DNA from: Podarcis melisellensis
Lineage: Eukaryota
Assembly: GCA_964234715.1 (NCBI GenBank)
Contig: OZ174280.1
Direction: 5' to 3' (one strand)
Length of the DNA stretch: 64,000 nucleotides
The position numbers were made by a program, and so were the translations under genes. Below the pieces are notes generated by a model. It saw only the letters and a program-made list of their open reading frames with translations. It made no database searches and was not told where the DNA came from. Of this stretch, positions 62,801 to 64,000 are shown in pieces. The stretch's first letter is position 1, and every line of letters begins with the position of its first letter.

Positions 62801-63897
62801 AACTTACAAGCCAGTGTACTCAGAAGTGACACATTAAGGATGTCAGCCACCAGTCGGATGCAGTGACGGATCTGTAAAACAAAGTGAATGCAGAGCACAC
62901 AATAAAAAAATTCCTTCTAATAGCACCTTAGAGACCAACTAAGTTTGTTATTGGTATGAGCTTTTGTGTGCATGCACACTTCTTCAGATACCAGAGCACA
63001 CAGTAAAGAATCAAACACACAAAGTCAGGAAGAGAATAATTTGGAATGGAAAGGACTGTTACCAAGTCCTCCTGAAACAAGGTGCTGAGAGACTTCTTTA
63101 AGAATCATGTAAAATGCATATTTTGGTATAGAACTACACAATGAATTAGCTAACCTAGGAATTTCTTCTGGAATTTCTGAATTTCACTCAGATCAGGGCT
63201 GAATACCTGCAGACACTTCTAGGCCGTAGCGATTTTTGGGTGGGATTCAATCACATACCAGCAAATCCAGGTTGCACAATCATAGCTGAACAGGAGGTTT
63301 TGCACAACAACCCCACTTCCCCCCAAACACTGGACTTTTTGCAAGAAGGAAAGTGATGGGGAAATGCAATGGAAAATGGGAGATAACACTTGCTTTGACA
63401 CAGCATTGTCTAGCCTCCCCACAAACAAATAGCAACAAACGCTCCTTAAATAGTCAAGGTCATCTAATCTCCCTGCAGACAAATTAGGATACAAATGTCC
63501 TATGTGTTTGCGACACAGAAATTTCTGTGTGTATCCTGTAATAGTAAACCCAAATGTCCCCAGATAGAGAAAATGTGGTGCTGGAGAACTTTGTCAACTT
63601 TACTCCACTGTGAGTTGCATGCTCTTCATAGGGAAGAAACTCTTGTGGTTCACGTGAACCTGCATAATTCACATTTCTCAAACCAATATGCAAATTTAAG
63701 GACAGCTAATTTACACCAAATTTCATGATGCAGTTCTCCAACAAAAAATTGGGTACAAAGATACCTTATTTCAGGGGAAATTGAGCACAAAAACATATAT
63801 ATTCGTGAAACCAATGTACATAGTTGCCCAGCTTACCACATCAATCAAAATTGTCCAGACCACAGATTGCATGTTGTTCTCATCTGGTCCATCCACA
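54072..63897 (-). CDS. BPI fold-containing family B (LPLUNC/BPIFB-like) protein, 5'-partial; complement(join(54072..54095,54726..54802,54933..54996,55532..55574,55917..55984,57424..57579,58173..58214,60696..60863,62212..62303,62808..62871,63837..63897))
   Basis: Eleven exons (61,64,92,168,42,156,68,43,64,77,24 nt) join in frame without stops (about 285 aa). The 92-..-68-43-64-77 size and phase series and motifs PVGTFGTIHYDL, ISERFPAPQPLVVKIR, SSSVG, FLPAMN, GITLPSMLNV, DGLVISM* follow the BPIFB gene architecture. Paralog cannot be assigned. Confidence 0.9.
54726..54802 (-). CDS. BPIFB-like exon, 77 nt (GMLRRGITLPSMLNVKWTKVNTALFQ)
   Basis: tgttctag|GC ATG...TTC CAG|gtacag; phase 1 to 0. Confidence 0.9.
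54933..54996 (-). CDS. BPIFB-like exon, 64 nt (AQKLHEYINNLHTNSFLPAMN)
   Basis: attccag|GCC...AAT G|gtaagc; phase 0 to 1. Confidence 0.9.
55532..55574 (-). CDS. BPIFB-like exon, 43 nt (FDGVQASSSVGSTN)
   Basis: ccctgtag|C TTT...AAT|gtaagt; phase 2 to 0. Confidence 0.9.
55627..55794 (+). mobile_element. hAT MITE, CAGTGGCGTAGC family
   Basis: Terminal inverted repeats; exact TSD catgactc. Confidence 0.9.
55917..55984 (-). CDS. BPIFB-like exon, 68 nt (VIIFNAKLSASNGKLLISLSQK)
   Basis: gttgcag|GTC...AAG AG|gtatgg; phase 0 to 2. Confidence 0.9.
56196..56410 (+). mobile_element. CR1 LINE 3' fragment
   Basis: ttcctgacagtaagagctgttcgacagtggaa...ttccaactctatgattctattctatgattcta CR1 terminus. Confidence 0.85.
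56818..56868. repeat. (TTA)n microsatellite (likely L2 tail)
   Basis: Seen directly; preceded by L2-like 3' sequence from about 56700. Confidence 0.9.
57424..57579 (-). CDS. BPIFB-like exon, 156 nt (ISERFPAPQPLVVKIR...QWEV)
   Basis: ctcttgcag|ATT...GAA GTT|gtgagt. Confidence 0.9.
58173..58214 (-). CDS. BPIFB-like exon, 42 nt (KQLMTTDLASAITK)
   Basis: ttatcaacag|AAA...ACA AAG|gttagt; resembles the PLTT..L..LIPK exon. Confidence 0.75.
60696..60863 (-). CDS. BPIFB-like exon, 168 nt (ATFQVSLPG...LTLSKDFISIG...TKGAG)
   Basis: cccaccag|GCT...GCA GGG|gtaaag; an in-frame alternative acceptor lies 12 nt further in. Confidence 0.8.
61414..61759 (+). mobile_element. Sauria SINE
   Basis: Full length; TSD taactctcagtc/taaccctcagtc. 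Confidence 0.92.
62212..62303 (-). CDS. BPIFB-like exon, 92 nt, GC donor (AVPVGTFGTIHYDLIGSP...IPYQ)
   Basis: ctcttgcag|CT GCA...TAT CAG|gcaagt. Confidence 0.85.
62808..62871 (-). CDS. BPIFB-like exon, 64 nt (IRHCIRLVADILNVSLLSTLA)
   Basis: ttttacag|ATC...GCT T|gtaagt; phase 0 to 1. Confidence 0.82.
63837..63897 (-). CDS. BPIFB-like exon, 61 nt (VDGPDENNMQSVVWTILIDV)
   Basis: ttgctcag|T GTG...GAT GTG|gtaagc; phase 2 to 0. Confidence 0.75.
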
Positions 63898-64000
63898 CTG
63901 AGCAAAAGGAATTATTGACATCACTGATTATAAGGATCAATTATAAGCATGTAGAAATTTCAGTATTCCTATTGCTTTGCAATTCTTATCTCACATTCTA

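Noticed and set aside
63063-63133. Possible extra BPIFB exon (SIPKYAFYMILKEVSQHLV...)
   Set aside because: Ends in phase 1, incompatible with the next exon; 63837-63897 has the right size and phase

Overview
Vertebrate genomic DNA, most likely a lacertid lizard, judged from Sauria/POM-type SINEs and other squamate repeats. There are three N gaps. I reconstructed four protein-coding genes from splice signals and reading-frame phase. (1) NECAB3 on +: the last 10 coding exons (8189-42761), ending ACWWIMNNN*. (2) Intronless ACTL10 on - (15817-16935, 372 aa) and (3) a two-exon C20orf144/Bclt-like gene on - (25053-25166 + 21404-21751, 153 aa, N-terminus MGNNIS), both nested antisense in the 22-kb NECAB3 intron, as I recall for human chr20q11. 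(4) The 3' 11 coding exons of a divergent BPI-fold (BPIFB/LPLUNC-like) gene on - (63897-54072), convergent with NECAB3 and with one GC-AG intron. Genes 3 and 4 appear only as fragments in the ORF track. The rest is intronic or intergenic DNA with SINEs, L2/CR1 fragments, hAT and Tc1/mariner-type MITEs and microsatellites. Homologies come from recalled protein sequences and exon architectures, not database searches.
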